A stretch of DNA of 64,000 nucleotides from Candidatus Zambryskiibacteriota bacterium (GCA_023267045.1 JAHFOB010000002.1:2032-66031), one strand, 5' to 3'; numbered from the stretch's first letter, positions 28,391 to 39,044 are shown. A program made the numbers and translations. Notes: generated by a model from the sequence alone, not told the origin.

Positions 28391-28850
28391 GGTTTTTTGT
28401 TACTGTATGGTTTAATACAAGCCAAAGTAGCCTAATCTTTCATTGGCTCTATCATAGTAAATATAATGACAAACCTACAAAATCTGTATTGCAACAAAGC
28501 AGATGGAGTGATTTTGAGTATTTTACAAAAACAAAACCTCCGCACGTAGCGAGAGGTTTTGTTTTTGGCCGGTCACACTCATTTGTTAGAGAGGACATCC
28601 CATTTGTTATATTTTTTAGTCTCTAATGTCGGCTAGGCCGACATAAACGAGACAGGGTTTACAATTGAGGATGTTTCTCCTGTGAGCATGTACCTACTAT
28701 AATTCTGTGCCTCATACTAAAATTGTCAACAAAATTTCCGTGCAAATCCTGTTTATAAACTGTGCGAAACTTCCAAAAACTGTGGATAAAATATTTGTGG
28801 CACATATATGACGAACCGGCAAGTCACAATGACCTGCCGGTGTTTTGTTT

Positions 28851-29216
28851 TTACCAGAGCTTCACCCGAAGACGCTTTAACCCCTGGGTTTTATCCAAAC
28901 CTTCCCAACTGTCATTAACGTAGGTGGATTCTGGATCTCTCCTGTTTGGTCTGAAAATTCTTTTGGTCAATTTGACCAGAGGCTTCACCAATATTACGTA
29001 AAAGACAAAAAACAGGATGAGTGTCCCCGCAATTTTGGCCAGAGTCAAACACAGGAAATATATCTGATAAATCGCCGTAAAGGTCCAATCAAACAAATTT
29101 CCGACTACGTATCCGGCAAAACTGAAGATTGGAACGTATAGGTCTATTTGCACTACCGTATAACTCATAATGCAAACAAAAAGCAAAAAAAGTGCAATGC
29201 GAGATGATCTATTCAT
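28851..29216 (-). CDS. hypothetical membrane protein
   Basis: 121-aa hydrophobic ORF, GAGGT SD, hairpin downstream. Confidence 0.6.
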   Translation of the reverse strand: MNRSSRIALFLLFVCIMSYTVVQIDLYVPIFSFAGYVVGNLFDWTFTAIYQIYFLCLTLAKIAGTLILFFVFYVILVKPLVKLTKRIFRPNRRDPESTYVNDSWEGLDKTQGLKRLRVKLW

Positions 29217-29373
29217 GTAGACCTCACAATCTCTAAGATGTTACGTTTTGCAACATCTAAATCCAAAAGAAAAATAGCATATTTTTAGATTTCAGTCAAT
29301 TCCGGGTTTGACATATTCATTTATTAATATAAAGTAAGTAGATTGAGTTTTCTGACTATCTCAATCTAATTAA

Positions 29374-30591
29374 ATGGAAAGAAATACATATAGAAGTTCT
29401 GGGCCACGAAAATTTGGTCGACCATCTTTTTCTCATAACAGAGGTGGTTTTCGTGGTGGAAATCGCGGAGGTGGAAGATCTGGAAGCAAGCACATTGATC
29501 CGTCACGATTTATAAATAAAGCTGTTATCACTGAACAAGTTGAACATTTTGTACCAGAACACAAGTTTAGTGATTTTGCTGTGGACACTAGATTGTCAAA
29601 AAATATTATTGCTAAAGGCTATGTAGATCCGACTCCAATTCAAGATAAATCCATTCCACACATTTTGAAAGGAGAAGACGTGGTTGGTATCGCAAATACA
29701 GGCACTGGAAAAACAGCAGCCTTTCTTATTCCTCTTATAAACAAAGTTCTGAGTCATCAAAAAGAAAACGTTTTAATAATAGTTCCGACTCGTGAACTGG
29801 CTTTACAAATCGAAGAAGAATTAAACGGTTTTACTTTGGGTATGAAAATGTACTCCGTTTGTTGCGTTGGAGGTTCGTCTATTGGAAATCAAATCAGAGC
29901 TTTAAGATACAGAAACGAGTTTGTTATCGGTACTCCGGGAAGATTGAAGGATTTGATAGAAAAAAAAGTTTTGAATCTATCTCATTTCAAAACAGTTGTA
30001 CTCGACGAAGCTGACAGAATGCTAGATATGGGATTTATAAATGACATGAAGTTCATGATGGCTCTTATGCCGAAAAATCGTCACACACTTTTCTTTTCAG
30101 CTACACTTTCCCCAGAAATCTCTATACTCATCAAAGATTTTTTGAAAAATCCAGTAATGATTTCTGTTAAAACAGGGGATACGGCAAGAAATGTTGATCA
30201 AGATGTTGTTCGAGTAAACAGAGGAGAAAATAAACTAGATGTTTTACACAGTATGCTTATCAAACCAGATTTCAACAAAGTCTTAATTTTTGGACGGACA
30301 AAACACGGGGTGGAAAAATTGACTAAACTTCTGGTGGCTCGCGGATTTAGAGCAGAATCAATTCACGGAAATAAAAATCAGTCAGGTAGACAGAGATCAC
30401 TAAAACTTTTCAAGGAAGGCAAAGTTCAGGTTTTGGTTGCAACAGATGTTGCCGCGAGGGGACTAGACATCAGCGATGTTTCTCATGTCATCAACTTTGA
30501 TATTCCAGCGACATATGAGGATTATGTGCATAGAATAGGACGAACAGGACGGGCCGGCAAGAAAGGCAAGGCTCTTACCTTTGTTGAATAG
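29374..30591 (+). CDS. DEAD-box RNA helicase
   Basis: PTPIQ, ANTGTGKT, PTRELA, DEAD, SAT, HRIGRTGRAG. Confidence 0.97.
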   Translation: MERNTYRSSGPRKFGRPSFSHNRGGFRGGNRGGGRSGSKHIDPSRFINKAVITEQVEHFVPEHKFSDFAVDTRLSKNIIAKGYVDPTPIQDKSIPHILKGEDVVGIANTGTGKTAAFLIPLINKVLSHQKENVLIIVPTRELALQIEEELNGFTLGMKMYSVCCVGGSSIGNQIRALRYRNEFVIGTPGRLKDLIEKKVLNLSHFKTVVLDEADRMLDMGFINDMKFMMALMPKNRHTLFFSATLSPEISILIKDFLKNPVMISVKTGDTARNVDQDVVRVNRGENKLDVLHSMLIKPDFNKVLIFGRTKHGVEKLTKLLVARGFRAESIHGNKNQSGRQRSLKLFKEGKVQVLVATDVAARGLDISDVSHVINFDIPATYEDYVHRIGRTGRAGKKGKALTFVE

Positions 30592-30631
30592 CTCAGGTCT
30601 TTTTACTAAATCTCTAACGTCTAACGTAAAT

Positions 30632-30755
30632 AAAATCTCTTTCTCATCACAACTTTTTCTAGTAACAGAATAATTTCTTGCTAGAAATTTTCTTTCTGCT
30701 CACCTTTTCACAGGTTCCGCAGATACTAGAAAAAGTTGTGATTCGACGAGATTTT
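30632..30755. repeat. ~124-bp structured intergenic repeat copy A
   Basis: AAAATCTC..ATCACAACTTTTTCTAGTA-core-TACTAGAAAAAGTTGTGAT..GAGATTTT. Confidence 0.9.
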
Positions 30756-30814
30756 GTTTCTGAGCATTTTCTATAAATAGCAACGATAATATACTTTATG
30801 TTACAATAGCCCTC

Positions 30815-30924
30815 ATGGATCCCGTTAGAAATATCGGAGATCAATGTTACGATTATCAGGTTAATTTTAATTTTATAATAGGTCGTCATAGCAGAATGTA
30901 TGATCTCCTATTTCTAACGGGATG
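30815..30924 (+). repeat. start-codon hairpin element copy 3
   Basis: ATGGATCCCGTTAGAAATA...TATTTCTAACGGG-ATGGAT. Confidence 0.92.
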
Positions 30925-31539
30925 GATTATTTGATAAATAGCATAACTATACTTGGATATTTTGGCTATGGGCTTTTATTTATAATCATATTTTTTGAGT
31001 CTTTTCCACTAACATTTTTCTTGCCAGGAGACAGTTTGCTTTTTACATCTGGGTTTCTGGCTTCACAAGGGCACTTCAATCTTGCTCTACTTATCGCCAC
31101 ACTTTTTCTAGCAAGTATCGCCGGCTATCTTTTCAGCTATGCAATGGGGGAGAAACTTCGACAAATTATTTTGAAAAGTAACGACAAGTATTGGTTCAAA
31201 AAAAAGCACTTGGACTACACAGAAAAATTTTATGCAAAGTACGGCACAAAAACAGTAATTATCGGTCGCTTTGTTCCCATAGTCCGTTCTTTTAGTCCGA
31301 CATTGGCTGGAGCTGTAGATATGAACTTCAAAAAATTTCTAAAACTGACTATGCTTGGCGGATTTCTCTGGACGGTAGGAATAACTTCTGCCGGTTTTTA
31401 TTTGGGTAAAGCTATTCCTAGCGCTCATTTATATTTAACACCGATAATTCTCGGTATTATTTTTGTGTCACTTTTGCCAGCAATCATAGAATATATTCGT
31501 GATCAGGTTGCCAAAGGTAAAATAAATCCAAAAGTATAA
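30922..31539 (+). CDS. DedA family membrane protein
   Basis: FFLPGDSLLF.SG, GRFVPIVR. Confidence 0.93.
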   Translation: MDYLINSITILGYFGYGLLFIIIFFESFPLTFFLPGDSLLFTSGFLASQGHFNLALLIATLFLASIAGYLFSYAMGEKLRQIILKSNDKYWFKKKHLDYTEKFYAKYGTKTVIIGRFVPIVRSFSPTLAGAVDMNFKKFLKLTMLGGFLWTVGITSAGFYLGKAIPSAHLYLTPIILGIIFVSLLPAIIEYIRDQVAKGKINPKV

Positions 31540-31542
31540 ACT

Positions 31543-32715
31543 ATGAATTCTGAAAATATTATTTCGGTCAGCAAATATCTAGATAAACTAAACTCTACCC
31601 TCAAAACTGAAAGTGCAAAAATAATCGGCGAAGTTTCTGGACTGAAACTACATCAAAATGGCCACTATTATTTTTCTTTGTTAGACAAGACTGATCAAAG
31701 CAAGATAGACTGTGTTATTTGGAGATCAAATTATAAAATATTTGGGGTGGAGCTTGCTGATGGTTTGGAGGTTATTGTTTCTGCCTTACCAAATGTCTAC
31801 AAAATGAATGGCAGACTTAGTTTTATTGTAAATGCTGTTGAGCTGGTCGGCGAGGGAGCTTTGCAGATTGCATATGAAAAACTAAAAAAGAAACTAGAGT
31901 TGGAAGGACTTTTTGTTGAAAGTAGAAAAAAAGAAATACCTTTATATCCACAACGTATTGGTGTTATAACATCACGTAGTGGGGCTGTTATAAATGATTT
32001 TACGACAAACATAGGAAAGTTTGGTTTTGAAATTTTGTTTGTTGATTCAAAAGTTGAAGGTCAGGATGCAATAAAAGATTTGCTCTCGGCTATGGCTACT
32101 TTGAAAAATAAAAATTTAGACGTTCTTGTTATGATGCGCGGGGGAGGATCGCTTGAGTCTTTTCAAGCTTTCAACAACGAGACTCTTGTCCGAGTAGTTG
32201 CCGAATTTCCAGCGCCTGTTCTAACTGGTATTGGTCATGACAAAGACGTTTCACTTGTTTCTCTGGCTTCAGACAAAAATGTTTCTACTCCGACGGCGGT
32301 AGCAAACTTGCTAAACTCTGGTTTTCTAGAAGCTCGTGGTGAAATCAGATTTTTGGAAGAAAAAATTTTTTCCAATTTTCAATCGGCAATTTTTGATACT
32401 TTTCGTCGTGCTGAAGACACTTTATTTCGCGAGATGGATGGGGTAGAATTAAAACTGAAGCAGATTTCTGATATGATAATTTTACAAACAAGAGAACTAA
32501 TTCGTGGTTTTTCTGATCTTTCTGCAAATGCACTAGATTTTCTAGTTCAAAGTGGTAAAACTATACAACTTTCCAATCCCGAAAGACAACTTGCTTATGG
32601 CTATAGTATTATAAAATCCAAAGGCAAAGTGGTTAGATATACTAAAGACGTAAAAACGGATGACAATATTGAACTTATGGTTTCTGACGGTATAATAAAA
32701 TCAAAAGTAATATGA
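31543..32715 (+). CDS. xseA: exodeoxyribonuclease VII large subunit
   Basis: GEVS..GHYYFSL, IGVITS, RGGGS, GIGH, STPTA, GYSI. Confidence 0.95.
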   Translation: MNSENIISVSKYLDKLNSTLKTESAKIIGEVSGLKLHQNGHYYFSLLDKTDQSKIDCVIWRSNYKIFGVELADGLEVIVSALPNVYKMNGRLSFIVNAVELVGEGALQIAYEKLKKKLELEGLFVESRKKEIPLYPQRIGVITSRSGAVINDFTTNIGKFGFEILFVDSKVEGQDAIKDLLSAMATLKNKNLDVLVMMRGGGSLESFQAFNNETLVRVVAEFPAPVLTGIGHDKDVSLVSLASDKNVSTPTAVANLLNSGFLEARGEIRFLEEKIFSNFQSAIFDTFRRAEDTLFREMDGVELKLKQISDMIILQTRELIRGFSDLSANALDFLVQSGKTIQLSNPERQLAYGYSIIKSKGKVVRYTKDVKTDDNIELMVSDGIIKSKVI

Positions 32716-32933
32716 AAAAACAAAACGAAAAAACTGATGGTTCCAATCTAAACGAGACACTAAAAAAACTAAATCAAATAGTTTCTTGGTTTGAGTCACA
32801 ATCGGAACTAGATGTTGAGAAAGGTTTGGAATATGTCAAAGAGGGAGCTAAACTAATAAAATCATCAAGACAACGTCTAGGTGAAATCGAAAACGAATTT
32901 AAAGAAATCAAAAAAGAAATCAGTAGAAATTAG
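32712..32933 (+). CDS. xseB: exodeoxyribonuclease VII small subunit
   Basis: ATGA overlap with xseA; LNQIV..E..DVEKGL...EG. Confidence 0.9.
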   Translation: MKKQNEKTDGSNLNETLKKLNQIVSWFESQSELDVEKGLEYVKEGAKLIKSSRQRLGEIENEFKEIKKEISRN

Positions 32934-32935
32934 TA

Positions 32936-33688
32936 TTATTTCTCGACTTTTATACCGTGCTTTTCTAGCTCGTAACGATCAAACTTTATTCCGTTGTGTA
33001 TTGGAGCATTTCGTATTATATCTAGGATCTCATTCTCGTCATCAGTAATTTTGTAGAGAAGAATGTCTTCTGGGTCTATTGTCCCACGAGAAAGTAACTC
33101 TTTTTTCATCAGTTCATCAAGTGGTTCCCAAAAATAACTTCCGACCAAAATTATAGGTACTTTTTCTATCTTTTTAGTTTGTATTAGTGTCACTATTTCA
33201 AAAAACTCATCCAGCGTTCCGTATCCACCAGGGAAAAATATATATGCTTCTGCGGAGAAAGATAAACAAACCTTTCGACTGAAGAAATAATAAAAATCTA
33301 TATTTTTTGTCAGATAGTCGTTCTGTATTTGGTGTCTTGCCAGTTCTATAGTTAGTCCCAGTGAATCACCTCCTGACTCATATGCTCCACGATTTGCCGC
33401 TTCCATTATTCCAGGTCCACCACCTGTGAAAACTGCATATTTTAAATCTTTCACCACACGAGTCGCAAGTGATCGCGCTTTTTCATATTCAATATCAGTT
33501 TCTTTGAAATGGCTTCCACCAAAAATTGTTACTGATTTTGGATAGTGTCGAAGAAAATTAAATCCGTCAGTAAACTCTTTTGCAATAAGTGAAACTCGAT
33601 CAACAGATGTGTCGTGGAGCTCTCTTTTAGTAAGAGGTCTCATATCCAAACTTTTAAAAGGTAGATTGACTTTTTTCTTTTTCAGCAT
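32936..33688 (-). CDS. LOG family Rossmann-fold protein (TIGR00730-like)
   Basis: TGGGPGIMEAANRGA, FFSRK, PGGYGTLDE. Confidence 0.92.
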   Translation of the reverse strand: MLKKKKVNLPFKSLDMRPLTKRELHDTSVDRVSLIAKEFTDGFNFLRHYPKSVTIFGGSHFKETDIEYEKARSLATRVVKDLKYAVFTGGGPGIMEAANRGAYESGGDSLGLTIELARHQIQNDYLTKNIDFYYFFSRKVCLSFSAEAYIFFPGGYGTLDEFFEIVTLIQTKKIEKVPIILVGSYFWEPLDELMKKELLSRGTIDPEDILLYKITDDENEILDIIRNAPIHNGIKFDRYELEKHGIKVEK

Positions 33689-33768
33689 TGCCTAATTGTA
33701 CTTTGAAAAACTTCCTATATCAAGATCAAAGGCCGGTAGCTACACTTGTAACTGCCGGCCTCATGTGA

Positions 33769-34158
33769 TTACTGCGTGAGCTTTTCTCGGAGCTCTTTCG
33801 GAATTATTTTTGACCTTCCGTTTTCGTCCTGAAGAACGATCAGACGAGTGTGAGTGAGAATCAGTTTTTGCCTAACATTTTTTTCGAAGAGTTTGTGTTC
33901 GAAAATCATGCCAAGTTCTGTCAGGATCAACTGACTTTCCACAAGATAGGGCAACTTACAATCCCAACTAAAAGAGTTGTGTGAAGTGTGAGTTGATCTT
34001 ACTTCCGCTCGAACAGCATACTTTTTTTGAATTTCTTCCAGAGATGTGCCAGCTTTTAACAGCAAGTCATATTGAAAGAGATGAAAAAAGTATGGTGGCA
34101 TGGTTGCTGGACTTATGCCAGCCAATCTAAATCCCTGTAAATCTGATGTTATTTTCAC
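33769..34158 (-). CDS. hypothetical protein, weak hot-dog/thioesterase resemblance
   Basis: GTG start with GAGGT SD; C-terminal LIVLQDENGRSKIIPKEL. Confidence 0.5.
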   Translation of the reverse strand: MKITSDLQGFRLAGISPATMPPYFFHLFQYDLLLKAGTSLEEIQKKYAVRAEVRSTHTSHNSFSWDCKLPYLVESQLILTELGMIFEHKLFEKNVRQKLILTHTRLIVLQDENGRSKIIPKELREKLTQ

Positions 34159-34239
34159 GTCGGCACCTCTAGGCTAAAATTACTCTTATTTATAAAGTTG
34201 TCAATTTACAAATCGTCACAAAAATAATATAATTACGTC

Positions 34240-34349
34240 ATGAGTCCCGTTAGAAATAGCGGAGATCAATATTACCAGAGTCAGATAAGTTTAATAATTA
34301 AATAAGGAGTAATAGTTTTATACTAGATCTCCTATTTCTAAACGGGATG
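34240..34349 (+). repeat. start-codon hairpin element copy 4
   Basis: ATGAGTCCCGTTAGAAATAG...CTATTTCTAAACGGG-ATG. Confidence 0.9.
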
Positions 34350-34802
34350 AAAACATTAGATACAAATGAGTGGATAGCTGTCATAGTTTCTGTTTTTGTT
34401 GTTGGTTTCTTTTTTATATTTGGCCAAAGTCTTATTTCCTTATTTAATAACAGTAATTCAAAAAGTATGGTCACTACTCCACAAGTTATTTCAACAGATA
34501 CGGTTATAGGTGCAGGTCAAACGGCAACAGATGGCGATCGTGTAGTGGTTCATTACACCGGACATTTTGTTGATGGCAAAGTTTTTGATAGTTCTGTCAC
34601 TCGTGGCGAGCCATTTCAATTTGTCTTGGGCAGAGGACAAGTTATAAAAGGTTGGGATGAGGGTATAGTCGGTATGCGAGTTGGTGGCAAAAGAACTCTC
34701 TCAATCCCACCAGAACTTGGCTATGGGGCAAATGACTACGGACCGATTCCTGGCAGATCGACGCTTATCTTTGATGTTGAGTTATTGAAAGTGGAAAAAT
34801 AG
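34347..34802 (+). CDS. FKBP-type peptidyl-prolyl isomerase with N-terminal TM
   Basis: VHYTG..DGKVFDSS, VIKGWDEG, IPPELGYG, LIFDVELL. Confidence 0.96.
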   Translation: MKTLDTNEWIAVIVSVFVVGFFFIFGQSLISLFNNSNSKSMVTTPQVISTDTVIGAGQTATDGDRVVVHYTGHFVDGKVFDSSVTRGEPFQFVLGRGQVIKGWDEGIVGMRVGGKRTLSIPPELGYGANDYGPIPGRSTLIFDVELLKVEK

Positions 34803-34844
34803 CCACTTGACAATATTTTGATATTAGTGTAGCCTAGTAAGTAG

Positions 34845-35175
34845 ATATCTCCGACCCAAGGGTGGTCGAAGACAGCCAAGAGGACATGATAGGCAGTCCC
34901 TTGCTCTTGGTTGGTTCTTTTTACGGGATGCAGGATAAGTGTAGTGTTACACTTTTCCGAAGATGCTTCAGACGGTTGGTTGCTACTGGTTCCAAGGCAA
35001 CTGGGCGATGTGTGAACACTCACGTATCATTGCCCATTTCATTTTAGTTTTTCCGAGGTCGTTTCGGTGACTCCATCATTTAGTTGGGCACACACTGAAA
35101 CAACAAACGCCTTGCATCGTTGCTACTCCATACTGTCCGAAAGGATAGTGGTAAAGTAGTCGATGCAGGGCGTTA
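34845..35175 (+). ncRNA. putative structured non-coding RNA (~330 nt)
   Basis: TTGACA-17-TAGCCT at 34807-34835; consecutive hairpins, last one with GAAA loop. Confidence 0.5.
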
Positions 35176-35225
35176 AAATTTTACAAAATTTTCTTTTTCC
35201 TTTTTAAAATGCTAGTCTGATTTGA

Positions 35226-36476
35226 ATGAATAAATTTTCTTTTGAAATACATAAAGAATTTACAAATGGTTTGGGGAGAGTTGGTACAATACATACTCCG
35301 CACGGTGACATACTGACACCAGCTTTTGTAGCAGTTGGCACAAAAGGAACGGTCAAAGGCTTAACACCAGAACAAATAAAAAGTACAGGTGTACAAACGA
35401 TTATCGCAAACACATATCATTTGTATCTTGATCCGGGAGCAGAACAGGTCGAAAAAATGGGTGGATTGCACAAAGTCATGGGCTGGAACGGACCACTTTT
35501 AACTGACTCTGGAGGTTTTCAGGTTTTTTCTCTTGGTGTGGCGTATGGAAAAGGCATTAGTAAAGTTTCTCATGGAAAAATCGAAGAGTTGGTATTGTCG
35601 GAGCCAAGCGAAGATGCCGAGCAAAGCGAGGTGCCGAAAATCGCGAAGGTAGACGCAAATGGTGTTATGTTTCGAGCGCACGACAGCGGAGATGCACATT
35701 ATTTTACTCCAGAAAAATCAATCGATATTCAGTACAATCTTGGCGCAGATATTATTTTTGCTTTTGATGAATGCACTGCTCCAAATGAGTCAGATCATTA
35801 TCAAAAAGAAGCACTTGAGCGGACTCACAGATGGGCGAAGAGGTCATTAGAACATCATAAGAAATTACTCTTCCAAAAACAAAACATGTCAAAGATGCCC
35901 TTTGACATCTTTCCCGCGATATTTGGGGTAGTTCAAGGGGGGCGAGACGAAAAGCTAAGAAAGGAAAGTGCGGAATACATCGGCTCACTAGATTTTGATG
36001 GGTTCGGTATTGGTGGATCGTTTGAAAAAGAAGATATGGAAAAAGCAGTCGAGTGGGTCAATGGAATTTTACCAAAAGAAAAACCTAGACACTTGCTAGG
36101 AATCGGTGAGCCAATGGATTTATTTATGGCAGTTGAAAAAGGTTGTGACTTGTTTGACTGTGTTGCGCCGACACGACTTGGTAGAAACGGGGGGGTTTAC
36201 ACAAGTCATGGGAAAATAAATTTATTTAATAAAGAATTTCGGGATGACTTAAAACCACTTGATGAAAATTGTACTTGTTATGCGTGTAAAAACTTTTCTC
36301 GTGCCTACATTGCGCATCTGTTCCACGCAAAAGAAATGCTCGCAGGAACTCTGGCTTCCATTCACAATATTTATTTTATAACACACATGGTTTCCAAAAT
36401 GCGTGAAGAAATGTTAAACGGCGATTTTTTATCTTACAAAAAGGACTTTCTGAGTAAATATTATAGAAATCCCTAG
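35226..36476 (+). CDS. tgt: tRNA-guanine transglycosylase
   Basis: ANTYHL, LTDSGGFQVFSL, QGG, KPRHLLGIG, DLFDCV.PTR, CxCxxC..H. Confidence 0.96.
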   Translation: MNKFSFEIHKEFTNGLGRVGTIHTPHGDILTPAFVAVGTKGTVKGLTPEQIKSTGVQTIIANTYHLYLDPGAEQVEKMGGLHKVMGWNGPLLTDSGGFQVFSLGVAYGKGISKVSHGKIEELVLSEPSEDAEQSEVPKIAKVDANGVMFRAHDSGDAHYFTPEKSIDIQYNLGADIIFAFDECTAPNESDHYQKEALERTHRWAKRSLEHHKKLLFQKQNMSKMPFDIFPAIFGVVQGGRDEKLRKESAEYIGSLDFDGFGIGGSFEKEDMEKAVEWVNGILPKEKPRHLLGIGEPMDLFMAVEKGCDLFDCVAPTRLGRNGGVYTSHGKINLFNKEFRDDLKPLDENCTCYACKNFSRAYIAHLFHAKEMLAGTLASIHNIYFITHMVSKMREEMLNGDFLSYKKDFLSKYYRNP

Positions 36477-36530
36477 AGACTTGCCGCCCTTTTTCTTTAT
36501 TCAAAAATATTGTATAGTACAAGGTCACTT

Positions 36531-36654
36531 AAAATATCTTTCTCGTCACAACTTTTTCTAGTAACAGAATAATTTTCTACTGAAAATTTTCTTTCTGCTC
36601 ACCTTTTCACAGGTTCCGCAGATACTAGAAAAATTTGTGACTCGACGATATTTT
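36531..36654. repeat. ~124-bp structured intergenic repeat copy B
   Basis: AAAATATC..GTCACAACTTTTTCTAGTA-core-TACTAGAAAAATTTGTGAC..GATATTTT. Confidence 0.9.
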
Positions 36655-36675
36655 GTGAGTTTTATAATCAAATTT

Positions 36676-38790
36676 ATGAAGTTCCAAATCAAAAGAGAGT
36701 TTGAACCAGCAGGCGATCAGCCAAAAGCGATCAAGAGTTTGGTAGAAGGTGTAAAAAAAGGTCTGAAGCACCAGACTCTTTTTGGCGTGACTGGAAGTGG
36801 AAAAACTTACACTGTTGCCAACGTCATCCAAGAAATTCAAAAACCAACTCTAGTCATTGCCCACAATAAAACACTCGCTGCTCAGCTGGCCCAAGAGTAT
36901 CGAGAATTTTTCCCAAACAACGCAGTACACTTTTTCGTTTCGTACTATGACTACTATCAACCAGAAGCTTATATGCCGGTTTCTGACACATACATAGAAA
37001 AGGAAGCAATGATAAACGAGGAGATTGAGCGACTTCGGCATGCATCAACACAGGCATTATTAACCAGAAATGATGTCATAATTGTCGCTTCAGTTTCCTG
37101 TATTTACGGTTTGGGTTCTCCAGTTGAATATGAAAAAGTTAATTTGAAAGTAAGTGTGAGTGAAAAAATATCACGGGCAGATTTTATACGAAACTTAATA
37201 GACATTCATTTTGAAAGAACAACAGCTGATCTGAAACCAGGAATGTTTCGAGCCATTGGAAATATGTTGGAAATTATGCCAGTGTCAGAAAAAGTAATTT
37301 ATAGGATAGAAATAGAAAATAATAAAATAGAAAATATAATAAAATTAAATGCAATAACAAGAGAAATTATAGAAAAAACCAACACATTTTTTCTTTTCCC
37401 GGCAAAACATTTTATTTCGACACCAGAACAAAGCCAGCGAGCATTCAAGACAATAAAAGCCGAGCTCGCCATGCGTTTAAAAGAACTCGAAAAAGAGGGC
37501 AAAAATCTGGAAGCAGAACGACTAAAACGTCGAACGACCTACGATTTGGCTTTGATACGAGAAATGGGATATTGCAACGGAATCGAAAACTACTCACGAC
37601 ATTTTTCTGGTAAAAAAGCAGGTGAAGCGCCAGACACATTACTTTCGTATTTTCCACACAAGGCTGATGGTAGTGCTGATTTTTTGACTATCATTGATGA
37701 AAGTCATGTCTCTGTTCCGCAGATCGGGGCAATGTATGCTGGGGACGCTTCTCGAAAACAAAGTTTGGTTGACTACGGATTTAGATTACCAAGTGCAAAA
37801 GATAATAGACCACTGAAGTTTGCCGAGTTTGAAGCACGTGTTGGACAGACTATATATACATCAGCAACACCAAGCGACTATGAAAGAGAACACAGTGAGC
37901 AAATAGTGGAGCAAGTTATACGACCAACAGGGCTTATCGATCCTGTTGTTGAGGTGCGTCCAATAGTAAGTAACTTAAAATCAAATGAGAATAAAAAACA
38001 TTCTAATATTCTCAAGAATACGAGAATAAGTGGATATCCTGGGCAGATAAAAGATTTTATCGAAGAGTCTCAAAAAGCAATCAAAGTTGGCGGGAGAGTT
38101 ATTGCCACGACGTTGACCAAAAAGATGGCAGAAGATTTAAGTGAATATCTCAAAGAGAAAAAGATCAAATCTGAATATTTGCATAGCGATATAAAAACAA
38201 TAGAAAGAATAGAAAGACTGACAGAATTTCGTCGAGGTACATTCGACGTTCTTGTTGGGGTAAATCTTTTGCGAGAGGGGTTGGATTTACCAGAAGTCAC
38301 TTTGATCGGAATTTTGGACGCTGATAAAGAAGGATTTTTGCGAAGTCAGACGAGTTTGATACAGATTATTGGTCGAGCGGCAAGAAATGTAGACGGCAAA
38401 GTTATTTTGTACGCCGACACCGTTACGGGTTCGATGAAATATGCTATAGACGAGACACAAAGACGTAGAGATCTACAGATGGCATATAACCAAAAACACG
38501 GTATCACGCCAAAAACAATCATAAAAAAAATTCAGGACATTACCGATCAGATGAAAACGGAACACGCAAAAACAGTTGGAGCTTTGATCGAGCTTGATAA
38601 ACGGATGATGGCAAAAGATCCACAAAAACTTATCGCTCAAAAAGAAAAACAAATGGATGGTGCGGTGAAGATTTTGGATTTTGAAACGGCGGCAATACTA
38701 CGGGACGAAATCGCAGCACTTTTGAAAATGATTGCACCGAAAAAAGAGAAAAAGATCAAAAATCCAAGAAACAAGGATTTATTGATGTAG
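36676..38790 (+). CDS. uvrB: excinuclease ABC subunit B
   Basis: GDQPKAI, GVTGSGKT, YYDYYQPEAY, DESH, GRAARN; start set at MKFQ 36676. Confidence 0.97.
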   Translation: MKFQIKREFEPAGDQPKAIKSLVEGVKKGLKHQTLFGVTGSGKTYTVANVIQEIQKPTLVIAHNKTLAAQLAQEYREFFPNNAVHFFVSYYDYYQPEAYMPVSDTYIEKEAMINEEIERLRHASTQALLTRNDVIIVASVSCIYGLGSPVEYEKVNLKVSVSEKISRADFIRNLIDIHFERTTADLKPGMFRAIGNMLEIMPVSEKVIYRIEIENNKIENIIKLNAITREIIEKTNTFFLFPAKHFISTPEQSQRAFKTIKAELAMRLKELEKEGKNLEAERLKRRTTYDLALIREMGYCNGIENYSRHFSGKKAGEAPDTLLSYFPHKADGSADFLTIIDESHVSVPQIGAMYAGDASRKQSLVDYGFRLPSAKDNRPLKFAEFEARVGQTIYTSATPSDYEREHSEQIVEQVIRPTGLIDPVVEVRPIVSNLKSNENKKHSNILKNTRISGYPGQIKDFIEESQKAIKVGGRVIATTLTKKMAEDLSEYLKEKKIKSEYLHSDIKTIERIERLTEFRRGTFDVLVGVNLLREGLDLPEVTLIGILDADKEGFLRSQTSLIQIIGRAARNVDGKVILYADTVTGSMKYAIDETQRRRDLQMAYNQKHGITPKTIIKKIQDITDQMKTEHAKTVGALIELDKRMMAKDPQKLIAQKEKQMDGAVKILDFETAAILRDEIAALLKMIAPKKEKKIKNPRNKDLLM

Positions 38791-38835
38791 TTGACTTTTA
38801 GTCAAATATATCATACATTATCGGTTGGAGGTAGT

Positions 38836-38928
38836 ATGCATCAAGCAGCCTTGTATGGGTTTATCATGGTCTTTTTAGGAGTTGCCCTCGGTTTGATACC
38901 AGTGATCTTGTATAGACCGAGGAAGTGA
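38836..38928 (+). CDS. 30-aa single-TM small protein
   Basis: TTGACT promoter, GGAGGT SD, MHQAALYGFIMVFLGVALGLIPVILYRPRK*, hairpin after stop. Confidence 0.55.
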   Translation: MHQAALYGFIMVFLGVALGLIPVILYRPRK

Positions 38929-39044
38929 TTTCCTGCCGGCAGATTCCATCGTGGGTCTGTCGGTTTGTCGTATATAGAAAGTATGATATTATCCCACATA
39001 CATGTATAGACCGAACGCGGTCTCTATTTGCGTGTATCTTTCAT

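Noticed and set aside
28520-28730. Small RNA or peptide between the MacA-like gene and the ORFan
   Set aside because: A terminator and one short palindrome are present, but promoter spacing is poor and the ORF is only 18 codons
38925-39044. Extended N-termini from the ORF track (uvrA 38925, uvrB 36637, EEP 3784, Panacea 61155)
   Set aside because: Extensions run through terminators, repeats or promoters; family homology starts at the downstream ATG
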